Origin: Octopus sinensis
Taxonomy: Eukaryota
Assembly (NCBI RefSeq): GCF_006345805.1
Contig: NC_043001.1
Coordinates: 54,808,001 to 54,872,000, forward strand
Direction of reading: 5' to 3'
DNA: 64,000 nucleotides
The position numbers and the translations under genes were made by a program. The notes beneath the pieces are model-generated. The model saw only the letters and a program-made list of their open reading frames with translations, made no database searches and was not told the DNA's origin. Every line of letters starts with the position of its first letter. The first letter of the stretch is position 1. Positions 1 through 11,149 of this stretch are shown here, one piece after another.

Positions 1-1150
1 CGATCACTGGACCAAATCAGACCCGGAACACCGGGGTCTGGTTTGTTTCAGATCTCCAATTGGACGAGGTGACGAACAGATGGCCAGTCTTACTGAGAAA
101 TGCCATGCACTGAGGTTGCAACATCTCCAGATTTTCCTTGACAGTGAGCAGGTGCAGTTCCCCTTCACCAGACGCATTTTTCCGAGGTTCATTTTATTTT
201 GACAAATCAAATGTGAACCGAGACAGAGCAGCAGACACCTAGTCTGCCGTCGGGCAATATGGTCAGTAGATGTTCCACCATGGCGTTCTATAGTGGATTA
301 GTGATGTACAAAAGGCGACGCGACATTCTCTCGTGCAACCAGTCATCACTCTCTGTAGTTGTTAACGGACTTTCGCAGAGCTCCACATCCCTATCCTAGA
401 GCCTAGCTGTTGAGGTTTGCAATAAAGTCTGTTCCTGTCTCCAAAATGCTGGAATAGAGTAGCGACCCATCGAACAACTTTTGCTTCCTCGTGCATTAGA
501 GCACGTGCCAAGCTCTGACAATAAAATCTTCTTGTTTAGCATTGAAGAATCGACCAAGGCCCAATCTTGCCCCCAGCACGTTAGTCACGATGCCCTTCCA
601 AAGCACCTTTTCTAGATTACTAACTAAATCTTCTTCAGCTATAGAACTTTATATCCCTATTTCCTTATTAACTCTAATAGTCTTTTACAAGGCTAACCAC
701 CATTACTTGTTGACGACTGTCCCCGTCAACTTCCTCTTCGCCAATTCACAAATCCGGTTTCTATAAACTTGGTGTGTATGTCAAGACGCACCCAGTTTCT
801 AGTAACTGGGCCCCAGTCTATGCAACTTAACTAGGTCGAACGTACAACTCACAAATCTATGATCTCTGTAGCCGAATATTTTGAATTGTGTATAACCTAT
901 GCTATCCCTGTCTTCTGGTCTACAGAATGCTCTTTCTAGATACGATCTGGATAACCCGATAATGTTTGTAGCATCCAGGAAATCCAGTTGGTACCTGTGA
1001 GTCAGTTGGAAACGACTGAGCAGGTTTGAGTGAGTTTTACACCCCACTCTCCTGCCAGTTAGTCCCACCCAGGACAGATCTGCATCTAAGATGGTGTATC
1101 CATCGCCCATTAACACCAAAGAGAGGGACGTTCTCAAGAAAACCTTTACA
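1..1150 (-). mobile_element. Degenerate L1/Tx1-clade LINE ORF2 fragment (APE endonuclease C-half, linker, start of RT)
   Basis: Minus-strand translation VFLRTSLSLVLMGD...SRSYLERAF...GYRDHRFV...RLGPSY matches Tx1/L1 endonuclease motifs (GDxN, SxLDR, SDH, GPxYWKLN). Many stops downstream. Confidence 0.75.
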
Positions 1151-1382
1151 TACTTTCGCCTGTTTTTATTTTCTTGTTTGAAATTATGGCGGCGGTAACG
1201 CACACTGTCAGATTCAACGAGGAGATAGCAGAAAAATATCATACCACAATTAGCTTCATGAAAGAATAACAATAACAATAACAGCAATAGTAACGACAGC
1301 GGTAAGGACAATGTTTTTAACAACACAAGCAGCAGCAACAACAACAACAATAATAATAACTAATGATAATGACAATAGTAAG

Positions 1383-1700
1383 GATACGATCTGGATAACC
1401 AAATTCTGCTTGCCCATTTCCATTTTGGTGCATTCTGGAAATCCAGTCGGTACTTATCATCAAGTTGGAAGCATGTTTGAGAAGTTTCTACAATAGAAAT
1501 ATTGTACATATTTTCAATCAGCTACTCTGCCGAATTTCCTTATTTGCATGGGTCATTTTGATAGGACGCATGACAAGGGTTCAATGCTGGAAGTTGAATG
1601 CATTTCGGCACGTAAGCTTCCAACCAGAGTATTAGCAAATGAGTGACGTTGCAACTGAGCAGGCGCTTGATCGTCAAAAAAGCGGTGGTGGCATGCACTA
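1383..1700 (-). mobile_element. Second L1/Tx1 endonuclease fragment
   Basis: DNA similarity to 940-1030 (gatacgatctggataacc...ggaaatccagt.ggtac) and an endonuclease-like translation. Confidence 0.6.
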
Positions 1701-1849
1701 AAGAGGACGATTAGAGTATTACGATTAACATTTAGAAACGTAGCGATAGAGTGAAAAATAGAAAAGAGGAAGCAAATAAGTAAATTAGGAAAGGAGATTT
1801 GCAATAGGCATCGTGATCAACGTTCTGACGATGACAATTGCTTTTTTAA

Positions 1850-3450
1850 ATACGAAACACGAAAGTTGTTTTGATGGAGTTAAAAGCGTGTATTCTTAGA
1901 GACGAAGGAACGAAATCCATCGATGAATGCGGCTGGTAGATGTGTGTCGTAGCGACCAAGTTATAATTCAGACATTGATTGGCTGAGACGAGCAAATGTT
2001 ATTCGATTTCAGTCAAATGTGTGCGGCTTTTCAGCAACAATTTGCTCGCATGTTTTAGTTGTGCGACGGACGGAGATGAATGAACTTAGTCTCGCTCGAT
2101 AACTTAACGTAACACTAGGTGCTGCCAAAAGTTCATAAAAGCAGCTGAGCTACGGTTGTTATTAAGGAGCAAATCGCCACGTTAGGCTAGTCTGCTTACG
2201 AACTTTACGTAAACATACCAGACTTGTTCGCTGACGTCTTGGCCGCAGAAAGGAAGAATTCTCAGTTCTGAAAACTGGGGAGTGATAGCACTGTTGTGAA
2301 AGGGTGCAGAGTTAAAAATTTTTGGCCAAGGTGTAAGTAAAGAAGTAGACCCCTGATATCTGTAATGTGATCAGAAAACCACAGATCTAACCAAAATTTG
2401 TATCACATGCGAATCGTCGTAGTCTTCACCAAACCTACTTTCGATGGGGCTGTGATTACTCGGAAATTTTGCTTTACGGTTATCCTAAAAGCAAATGGTT
2501 TCGGTTCCGTTTTTAGAGGCTGGATAGCTTCAATGTGCAGCGGTGTTTGCGAAGTGAACAGATAAAACGGCTAGCTATCAGGATTGTTTCGAAACAAACA
2601 TTCTGTCTGTCAAGGACATTCCTTCTCATTTCTTATATATGTTCAAACTGGTGCAACAGTAACAAAAAATTTTGAAGGGCTTCCTGTTCGAACCGGAATG
2701 TGGGAAAAATGTATCGGTATATATAGATAACATTACTATAATAGTATCAGATATCACGAAACTGAGGTGGTCGGCATTATTGTAAAGGATTGCGATGCGG
2801 CGACATAAGCAAATATTATCTTGCAAAAGGCTATATAACCGGGGAATATTGTGAGATGCATGATTCATAATCTGTTATGTGTGGTTAGGCCCAAACTTAA
2901 AGATTGTCAGAAACTGGGATGAAGTAGCGAACATGTGTACCACCTCCGTTATACATTACCGCCTGATCGATGTGCCTTGCTCCGGTTCTCGCCAGACTGA
3001 ATTAGAGTGTCTGCTCCTTCGCTTCCTAAAGAATGGACTCGCTCCACTTGTTAACCGGCCCATCTGCCGCCAACATCCTCTTCGTGGAGCAGATGTTGCA
3101 TAGACATCTGTTGGAGCTCCAGCAAGTCTATGCACTGGAGCTTCATCATCTAGTGCCAATATGGGTTACAGGCTCAGGAATGTGGAAGCGCCATGATCTT
3201 AGGCGCGACGCAAGCAAAAGATCTCCAAAAAGGCCAATCACATTCGCTACATATCCAGTGGTCTTTCAGCACGCCGGACACCAAACCGGAATTTCTGAGT
3301 GACCGTGGTGTTGCTAGACAGTCGCGGAACCTACACTGGGTTCACCCCTCCTTTTCATTCCAGATGTTGCATAGACATGCGTTGGGGCTCCAGCCACAGT
3401 TCGCCTCTTTGATTGAGGTCCTGGATCAAGTGAAGTTCAAGATCGGGATC
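1850..3450 (+). mobile_element. Degenerate L1/Tx1 reverse transcriptase region
   Basis: Frameshifted motifs FQQQFARMF, YELY..PDLFADVLAA, NGFGSVFRGWIA, SVCQG, VSVYIDNITIIVSD, WLGPNL...NWDEV, SVIHYRL..VPC, HALGLQ. Confidence 0.8.
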
Positions 3451-3714
3451 TTGACATTTGGAGTATAGTCGGGCGCACACAGCCCTCTACCAGTCGGGTA
3501 ATGCACATGGAGGAACTTTCACGTTAGCATTCTGTAACGAATTAATGATGGGAAAGCGTGACGACATTCTCGGGGAAACTGTAGATGACGACAAGGATCA
3601 TCTGACTTCTGTACTGTTACATCTGAATGTAATGAGGGCATTCATTTCTATCCACCCATAGAATCACTCATCTACAGCTGTTTCCTGTAAATGGCTCACT
3701 TCGGTCACGAATGA

Positions 3715-4003
3715 CCATGGAATTGCACCTAGTCCGGGCAAAGTTGTTTGTGAAAGGCCAGCAGTGAGCAATGCATATCAGCCTACCTTCTCTATGCCAC
3801 CGATGTTATCCAAAGGGAAGGCAAAGGCCGATACAGCTTAGCACCGATGACATCGCAATTCATTTCTATAGCTGAGTGAACTGGAGAGACGTGAAATAAA
3901 GTGTCTTGCTCAAGAACACAACATAAAACCTGTTCCGGGAATCGAACTTACAATCTCATGATTGTGAGCCCGACGCTCTAACCACTGAGCCATGCGCCCT
4001 CAC
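3715..4003 (-). mobile_element. tRNA-derived SINE, family S1
   Basis: Minus-strand head GGCGCATGGCTCAGTGGTTAGAGC...GTTCGATTCC (A and B boxes). Body GCAAGACACTTTATTTCAC is shared with copies at 23757 and 41108. Confidence 0.8.
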
Positions 4004-4476
4004 ATTATTTCATGTAAGGATTATGTAAGATGGTCTATAACCATTCAACAAAAGAAGAGCTAAAAAAATATAAAATTGAAATTAAATTGATGCAGATGAT
4101 GATGATAATGATGATGATGATGGTGGTGGTGGCCATCAAAGTTTAACTTGAAAAGGCCATGCAGTTGAGGATTGTCGTGGGATATGTGTCTGTCTGTGTG
4201 CCTGTATGAATGTAGAATGGGTCGATTTAAAAAAAATTATTTTTATCTACTAATTTGTAAACAAAATAATTTGTATATATATTGTACGCTCACAAATGCA
4301 TACATACATACGTACATACATACATACATACATACATACATACATACATACATACATACATACATACATACATAGACTTACGCAAACACAGGCTTATAGG
4401 CATTTACAAATTCCATACATTCCTATATTCTTTGATGTCATCACTATTTTCATTCATTCATTCATCCATTCACCCT

Positions 4477-4515
<39 letters not shown>

Positions 4516-4646
4516 GTCTCTCTGTCATTCTCTCCCCCTCTCTTCATACGTGCGTGTGGGCATGTGTATGTACGTATGCATGTGTGTGTGTAAATATAAA
4601 TACATACATACATACATACATATGTATATACACACACATATATATA

Positions 4647-4819
4647 TTGATAAAAATGGTAAGACAACCAAAGAATGAAAGAGACCTCGATATTATGTAA
4701 ATAGAGGAATTTATCTGTAAATCTAATATGTGACAATTATTCAGTAGCCATGATAAAACTCCGAGTTTCGGATGCCGGGGTGGAAACCCACGCCGCTATC
4801 TCTTCAGTTATCCGGGCTT
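4647..4819 (-). mobile_element. Short hammerhead-bearing dispersed repeat (family A), probably derived from a PLE terminal repeat
   Basis: Reverse complement aligns with 10512-10682. Both copies sit inside (TA)n tracts. Confidence 0.6.
4752..4812 (-). ncRNA. Candidate type I hammerhead ribozyme
   Basis: GATAA-CTGAAGA-[long imperfect stem II]-GAAA-CTCGGAG-T-T-TTATC. Stem I is GATAA/TTATC, stem III is ACT/AGT, cleavage triplet GUU. Confidence 0.6.
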
Positions 4820-4996
4820 ATATATATATATATATATAGATAAGAAAGTTGGTTTGTGAAAGCACGTGGTTGAATATATAGAAAATAGTAAAAAGTGAAA
4901 AAACTACAGAAGGCTTAAAGGTTAAAAAATATATATATTTGAGTCAATATGTCTGAAGAATATAAAAAAATTTTTTCTTACAATGATATAGTTTAG

Positions 4997-5035
4997 AAGA
5001 AAGACCGGTTTCGCGTTTAGCTTTTCAAATTTCTT
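4997..5035 (-). ncRNA. Variant minimal hammerhead in the left inverted repeat
   Basis: Exact reverse complement of the 7432-7470 motif. Confidence 0.5.
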
Positions 5036-5475
5036 ACGACGTTATGTTTATGTTGAACAGAGTTATCGTCATGTTTATGTTTAAAAGAGTTCTAAATAAG
5101 GGGAGGTAATGAGTGATTTCTTCCGGTGTAAGGGAGATAATCGCTTAAAATTTTTTTCCTTTCCCTTGGTGTGAATTTCTCTGTATCAGTATGTTGGCAT
5201 GGTTAAGTCTGGGCTTGTACTTTTCAATGAAGAATGTTTCCTTGTTTAGTCTAATTTGTGTTGTTTAGTCTAATTTTTGTTTGTGGTGTGTGTAAAATTT
5301 CTGTATGTGAAATATTTTTGTTTCGAACTGCTTGTATGTGGGATGTTGTTTGACATAGTGTTTTTTGCGTTTGTCTTGTGTTCAGTGGGGACCAGTAATT
5401 TTGGTTCATGGGGTAGCAGCGACTTGTGTGTGGTGTATTTCTTATTCTAGTGTCGTTTTGTGCTGTATGGTGATT

Positions 5476-5881
5476 GGGTCTGGTATTAGGATGTTGTTGG
5501 TGTGTTCTGTTTTTGGTGTAATTTATTTCATAGATGCGTCGTCTGTGAAACACACAGACTAAGTCTATTTATGGACATCCTCCTGAAACCCTTCTTTAAA
5601 CATATCGATAGCCATATCAGAGATGACTTAGATATGTTAAACCACCTTCCAAAAAAAAGTCAAGGAAGAAACAATCCTGGGTCTGATATTAGGATGTTGT
5701 TGGTGTGTTCTGTTTTTGGTGTAATTTATTTCATAGACGCGTCGTCTGTGAAACACACAGACTAAGTCTATTTATGGACATCCTCCTGAAACCCTTCCTT
5801 AAACATATCGATAGCCATATCAGAGATGACTTAGATATGTTAAACCACCTTCCAAAAAAAAGCCAAGGAAGAAACAATCCT
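5476..5881 (+). repeat. 203-bp tandem duplication
   Basis: 5476-5678 and 5679-5881 are identical except for 4 substitutions. Confidence 0.95.
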
Positions 5882-7322
5882 GGTTTCATTTGATGTAGTT
5901 AACTTATATACCAGTATACCTCATAATTATGGACTAGAGGCAATACAGTTCTGGCTGGACCAATTTCCGGAAGAAATACCAAAAAGGATCAGTAAAGGAT
6001 TCATTACTAAATCAATTGAATTCATCCTACATAATAACCACTTCATGTTTGACAATACATTTTACCGTCAAAAATCCGGAATTGCTATAGGTACAAGGGC
6101 AGCACCAGTCATTGCGAACCTAACAATGGGCTACATGGAAATAATCATTTACCAGGAATCTTTATCAATCTTTGGAAACCCCCTTTCTCAATACATAAAA
6201 GAGAATTGGAAACGATTCTTAGACGATTGTTTTATACTCTGGTATGAAAACACAGATAAACTCCTAAAATTTAAAAACCTATTGAACAGCATAAACCCAA
6301 ATATACAGCTCACAATGGAATACAACCAAAAGGAGCTCCCGTTCTTGGATATACTAATTAAAAAAATTAACCTTAAAGTAGAAACAGACATTTTTTTACA
6401 AAGCCACAGACGCCAAACAATACCTTCTTTTTAATTCATGCCACCCAAGACACACTAAAACAAACATCCCCTTCACCTTGCAAGAAGGATATGCACAATA
6501 GTGTCAGAACAAAATACCAGGAACTTTAGACTGCAAGAACTCAAAAACACCCTAATTGACAGACATTACCCAGCTCAACTCATAGAGGATGGGATCAGAC
6601 GTGCAACAGAAATCAACATAGAAACTTTAAGAAAAGTTCAACACAACAACACACCTTCCCCGAAAATACTACCTTACATATCTACATACAACCCCAGAAA
6701 CAAAGAAGCCTTCACCATCATCACCCAGAATTTACCAATACTTCATAAGGACCCCAAATTAAAGGAAATTCTAAACATACACCAAATCATTAAAAGCTAC
6801 AAACAACCTAAATCACTTAAAAAGATTCTCACAAAGGCAAAATTGTTTTCTGAAATTACGGATGCAAAAGTAAAAAAATGTGGTAGATCGAACTGTGCAA
6901 CATGTCCAAACCTGATAGAAGGATCAGAATTCCTCTTTAAAGAGGGACAGAAATTAAAGATCAAATCTAACTTTACTTGTGCCTCTGAAAACATAATTTA
7001 TGTCATAAAATGCTCGGGCTGCCACCAAGACTACGTGGGATCCACGGGACTATCATTCAGACGTAGATGCACACTGCATCGACAACAGATTGCATTCCCA
7101 GTATACAGAATGATACCTTTTAGTGAGCACATTGAGAAATGCGCAAAGCAACTACTACCACAAGTTTTAATCTTTCCATTTTACCAATGTGCTATCGGAT
7201 CATCAACACAAATTAGACTAAACAAGGAAACATTCTTCATTGAAAAGTACAAGCCCAGACTTAACCATGCCAACATACTGATACAGAGAAATTCACACCA
7301 AGGGAAAGGAAAAACATTTTAA
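5750..7322 (+). pseudogene. PLE polyprotein: RT, Cys-rich linker and GIY-YIG endonuclease, frameshifted
   Basis: CETHRLS, FDVVNLYTSIP, RQKSGIAIGTRAAP, WKRFLDD, LPFLD; then CGRSNCATC and FTCASENIIYVIKC..C..YVGST. Frameshifts at homopolymer runs near 5860 and 6395. Confidence 0.9.
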
Positions 7323-7431
7323 GCGATTATCTCCCTTACACCGGAAGAAAACGCTCATTACCTCCCCTTATTTAGAACTCTTTTAAACATAAACATGACG
7401 ATAACTCTGTTCAACATAAACATAACGTCGT

Positions 7432-7470
7432 AAGAAATTTGAAAAGCTAAACGCGAAACCGGTCTTTCTT
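7432..7470 (+). ncRNA. Variant minimal hammerhead (U3:A8 core) in the PLE terminal repeat
   Basis: AAGAAA-T-TTGAAAA-GC-TAAAC-GC-GAAA-CCGG-T-C-TTTCTT. 6-bp stem I, 2-bp stem II, palindromic stem III ACCGGT, GUC site. Confidence 0.5.
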
Positions 7471-7583
7471 CTAAATTATGTCATTGTAAGAAAAATTTTT
7501 TAATATTCTTCAGACATATTGACTCAAATATATATTTTTTAACCTTTAAGCCTTCTGTAGTTTTTTCACTTTTTACTATTATA

Positions 7584-8668
7584 TTTCGAGTAACATCGTC
7601 CGTTTTTCCGTCACCGTGTTGTATACTTTCGAGGTTTTCTTCCAAGGAATCTAATGCGACTGGCTTAGATTTCCCTTGGCGGGCTGCCCAGATTGGAGCA
7701 ATCTCAAGATTAATCAGCCGAAATTGCGAAGATGATCTGGTTCTTGACTGATGACTGAGAGCTTCGAAAGTCCCGTCTGTGTGTTTTTTTGTCGTCTTCA
7801 AAATGTTTCACGTTCTTGTCCCAGTTTGTGTTTTTTTTAACGTTTACATATATTATACGGCGGCTACGTATCCTACCTTTTGACCCTATACTGTAAGTAT
7901 ATTACTCTCTAACATTGGTACGACTCGACTTCACTGTCTCTTTCCCCCCCCTCTCCTACTTTTCTCTGCATTCACCCTTTGCACTCCCCTTGTTCTGTCT
8001 CTTTCCCTCTTTTTCTTATCCTCCCTTGTTCCCCTTCTTTCTTTCTCTCTTCCTCCGTCCCTCCTCTCCCACATTTCTCTGCCTCTCAGACCTTATACCC
8101 CACTTGACCTGTCCCTTTCCCTCTCTTGCTTCTCTCTTCATCTGTCCCTTTCTCCTTTTTGTGCTCACGTGACCAGCTAGCTACTACTGCCTTTTCGCAT
8201 CAAGTAGTTGGCGTGACCACACGTATGTGTTTGTGCTCCGTTTGCCTTCAGGCACTTGTTCCACAGCCAGCCTATACTCAACTCGTCCTGTCGAAAGACG
8301 CTTGTCCTGACGTCCTGGTTTTGTTATTATTGTTTTTACGTTATTTTGTATTTTTATCCGTGCTATCGTTATTGTTTTTACGTATTTTTGAATTTTTTTT
8401 TCGAGTAACATCGTCCGTTTTTTCCGTCACCGTGTTGTATACTTTCGAGGTTTTCTTCCAAGGAATCTAATGCGACTGGCTTAGATTTCCCTTGGCGGGC
8501 TGCCCAGATTGGAGCAATCTCAAGATTAATCAGCCGAAATTGCGAAGATGATCTGGTTCTTGACTGATGACTGAGAGCTTCGAAAGTCCCGTCTGTGTGA
8601 TTTTTTGTCGTCTTCAAAATGTTTCACGTTCTTGTCCCAGTTTGTGTTTCTTTTAACGTTTACATATA
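7584..8668. repeat. ~270-bp direct repeats enclosing a ~545-bp pyrimidine-rich spacer
   Basis: 7584-7853 is nearly identical to 8398-8668. Confidence 0.9.
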
Positions 8669-8684
8669 TATATATATATATATA

Positions 8685-9165
8685 TTTGGAGAAAGATAGT
8701 TATACCCATTTCATAGAGTTACCCAGGGTTTTGCACCCATAAAGCGCTTAGCTTTATATGTCTCGTTAGACTCGAATGGCCACCGGTCATATGAACTGGC
8801 CATAACTACCTTTCTCTAAATACTCTACTGCTCTATAACTTAGAGTGTGCTTCTTTTTCGGATTTATAATTACTGACGATATATATATGTATGCATGTGT
8901 GTGTATGTGTGTATATATATATATATATAATATATATATATATATATTTGGAGAAAGATAGTTATACCCATTTCATAGAGTTACCCAGGGTTTTGCACCC
9001 ATAAAGCGCTTAGCTTCATATGTCTCGTTAGACTCGAATGGCCACCGGTCATATGAACTGGCCATAACTACCTTTCTCTAAATACTCTACTGCTCTATAA
9101 CTTAGAGTGTGCTTCTTTTTCGGATTTATAATTTACTGACGATATATATATGTATGCATGTGTGT

Positions 9166-9208
<43 letters not shown>
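8685..9208. repeat. Tandem duplication of a 262-bp unit ending in (TA)n
   Basis: Units start at 8685 and 8947 and are near-identical. Confidence 0.95.
8716..8773 (-). ncRNA. Decayed hammerhead remnant (second copy at 8978-9035)
   Basis: GAGT-CTAACGA-[stem II with ATAAAGC/GCTTTAT]-AAAA-CCCTGGG-T-A-ACTC. Stems are intact; two core G-to-A changes. Confidence 0.45.
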
Positions 9209-9214
<6 letters not shown>

Positions 9215-9220
<6 letters not shown>

Positions 9221-9480
9221 ACTTATTTTGAACTTTTTTGGGGAACTTTTTGAACTTTCTACTTTTTCTTATTGTTGTTTTTCTTACTCTGTTTTTCTTC
9301 CTTCCCGCTAAAGATTAAAAAAAATTCTCTCTCGGTTTATTTTCTCGTGTTCCTTTCTGTTGAAGAGCGTAGGCTCGAAACGTAAAAGACTTTCTCACCT
9401 TCCCGAGCGTTAAACTAATACACCTGTTTGTTGTTTATACACCTGTCTTCCTCTTTTGCTTTTTTTATAAATTCCAACTA
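9215..9480 (+). mobile_element. Short PLE-like terminal fragment (family B) with a hammerhead-like motif at 9353-9388
   Basis: CTTT-CTGTTGA-A-GAGC-GTAG-GCTC-GAAA-CG-T-A-AAAG (A6 replaced by U). Flanked by (TA)n. 3' part resembles 14243-14390. Confidence 0.5.
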
Positions 9481-9519
9481 TATATATATATGTGTCCGGC
9501 TATATTTTTCAAATCATTC

Positions 9520-9760
9520 CTCTCTACCCACCTACCTACCTACCTACCTACCTACCTACCTACTACCTACCTAAATAACCTACTTACCAACCCAAATAAC
9601 CTACTTACCTACCTAAAATAACCTACCTACCTACCTACCTACCTACCTACCTACCTACCTACCTACTTACCTACCTACCTACTTACCACCCTACCTACTT
9701 CCGTACATACATACCTACTTATCTACCTGTCTCTCACTCTCTCTGTATCTATCTATTTAT

Positions 9761-9845
<85 letters not shown>

Positions 9846-9846
9846 A

Positions 9847-9882
<36 letters not shown>

Positions 9883-9885
9883 GTC
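9520..9885. repeat. (CCTA)n, (TATC)n and (TGTC)n compound microsatellite
   Basis: Read directly from the sequence. Confidence 0.95.
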
Positions 9886-10261
9886 TTCGTCATGGTGTGA
9901 GAAAGAGAAATAGTTAAAACCTAACAAAGTAAACGCAGAATATATTTTCTAACCTCACCATCAACCAACCAATCAACCATTCAGTGATAATAACTACACA
10001 CCAATCAATTATCAATATTATATATTGAACCAATGAGAGAGTCTTAAGTAAGTGACTAGCTAAAAATAGCAGTTAAATCTTCTTCAAATCACTCGTTTTC
10101 TCAGAAATGTGCATCTTAAATAACCGGGTTCTGAGTTCCTTGAATAATGGAAAAAGATAGAAGGGCACCGTCAAACTGGCTTCAGTCAGTGGTTTGTGCC
10201 ATCAAGATTGGCTCTGTGTTAAACAACAACAACAACGACTACAACAATAATAATAATAATA

Positions 10262-10305
<44 letters not shown>

Positions 10306-10361
10306 GTAATAATAATAACAATAATAACAACAATAATAACAATAATGATAATAATATATAC

Positions 10362-10500
10362 AGGCGTTACTGTGTGATAAGATGTTTGCTTATCGGCCAC
10401 ATGCGTGACACCATGGGCAAGTGTCTTCTATTATAGCCGCAGGGTGCCAAAGCCTTCTGAGTGGATTTTTGGTAGACGGAAACTGGATGAAGCCCGTCGT
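10362..10500 (+). mobile_element. SINE family S3, degenerate 5' half
   Basis: GGGCAAGTGTCTTCTA...CCAAAGCCT...GTAGACGGAAACTG core is shared with 17030, 36375, 37365, 45870 and 55533. Confidence 0.7.
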
Positions 10501-10511
10501 ATATATATATA

Positions 10512-10682
10512 TAAGGAGCCAGATAACCGAAGAGATGTCGTGGATTCCCACTTCGGCATCTGAAACTCAGAGTTTTATCTTGACTATCGAGTAATGTAAC
10601 ATATTATTGTATAGATAAATTTCCTCTATTTACATAATATTGAGGTCCCTTTCTTTCTTTTGTTATCTTACCGTTTTATCAA
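10512..10682 (+). mobile_element. Family A copy with hammerhead-like motif at 10522-10579 (core CCGAAGA)
   Basis: Aligns to the reverse complement of 4647-4819. Stem II GATGTCG/CGGCATC. Flanked by (TA)n. Confidence 0.65.
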
Positions 10683-10708
10683 TATATATATATATATATA
10701 TAATATAT

Positions 10709-10743
<35 letters not shown>

Positions 10744-10787
10744 TTACATATACATATATATACATATGCATACACACACACACACAC

Positions 10788-10855
<68 letters not shown>

Positions 10856-11149
10856 CATATATATATATATTACACGACAGGCTTCTTTCAGCTTCCACCT
10901 ACCAAATCCTCTCACAAGGTATATATGTATACACAGGCATACTTCATGCTACGTCGTTAATTGGTTCCAGTAGACACGACTTAAATCGAATTTACTTGTC
11001 TCTAGGCCAAACCTATAATAACTATTTCCAGTTTTGTACTCTATGAATGCATTTTCAATAATGCATGGTTAATAAAAACCTATTTTAAGCTTACAAACAA
11101 ATAAATTTTATTTTTTGATACAATACAGTGAAAAAAAGAGTAATCTAAA

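Larger units (their letters stand above)
4884..7580 (+). mobile_element. Penelope-like element (Neptune-type) bounded by ~380-bp inverted repeats
   Basis: RT plus GIY-YIG ORF remnants. 4884-5263 is the near-exact reverse complement of 7204-7580. Confidence 0.9.

Noticed and set aside
7748-7776. CTGATGA...GAAA...GTC in the 270-bp direct repeat (also near 8562) as a hammerhead
   Set aside because: No stem II closing pair, no stem III pairing and no stem I complement could be drawn.
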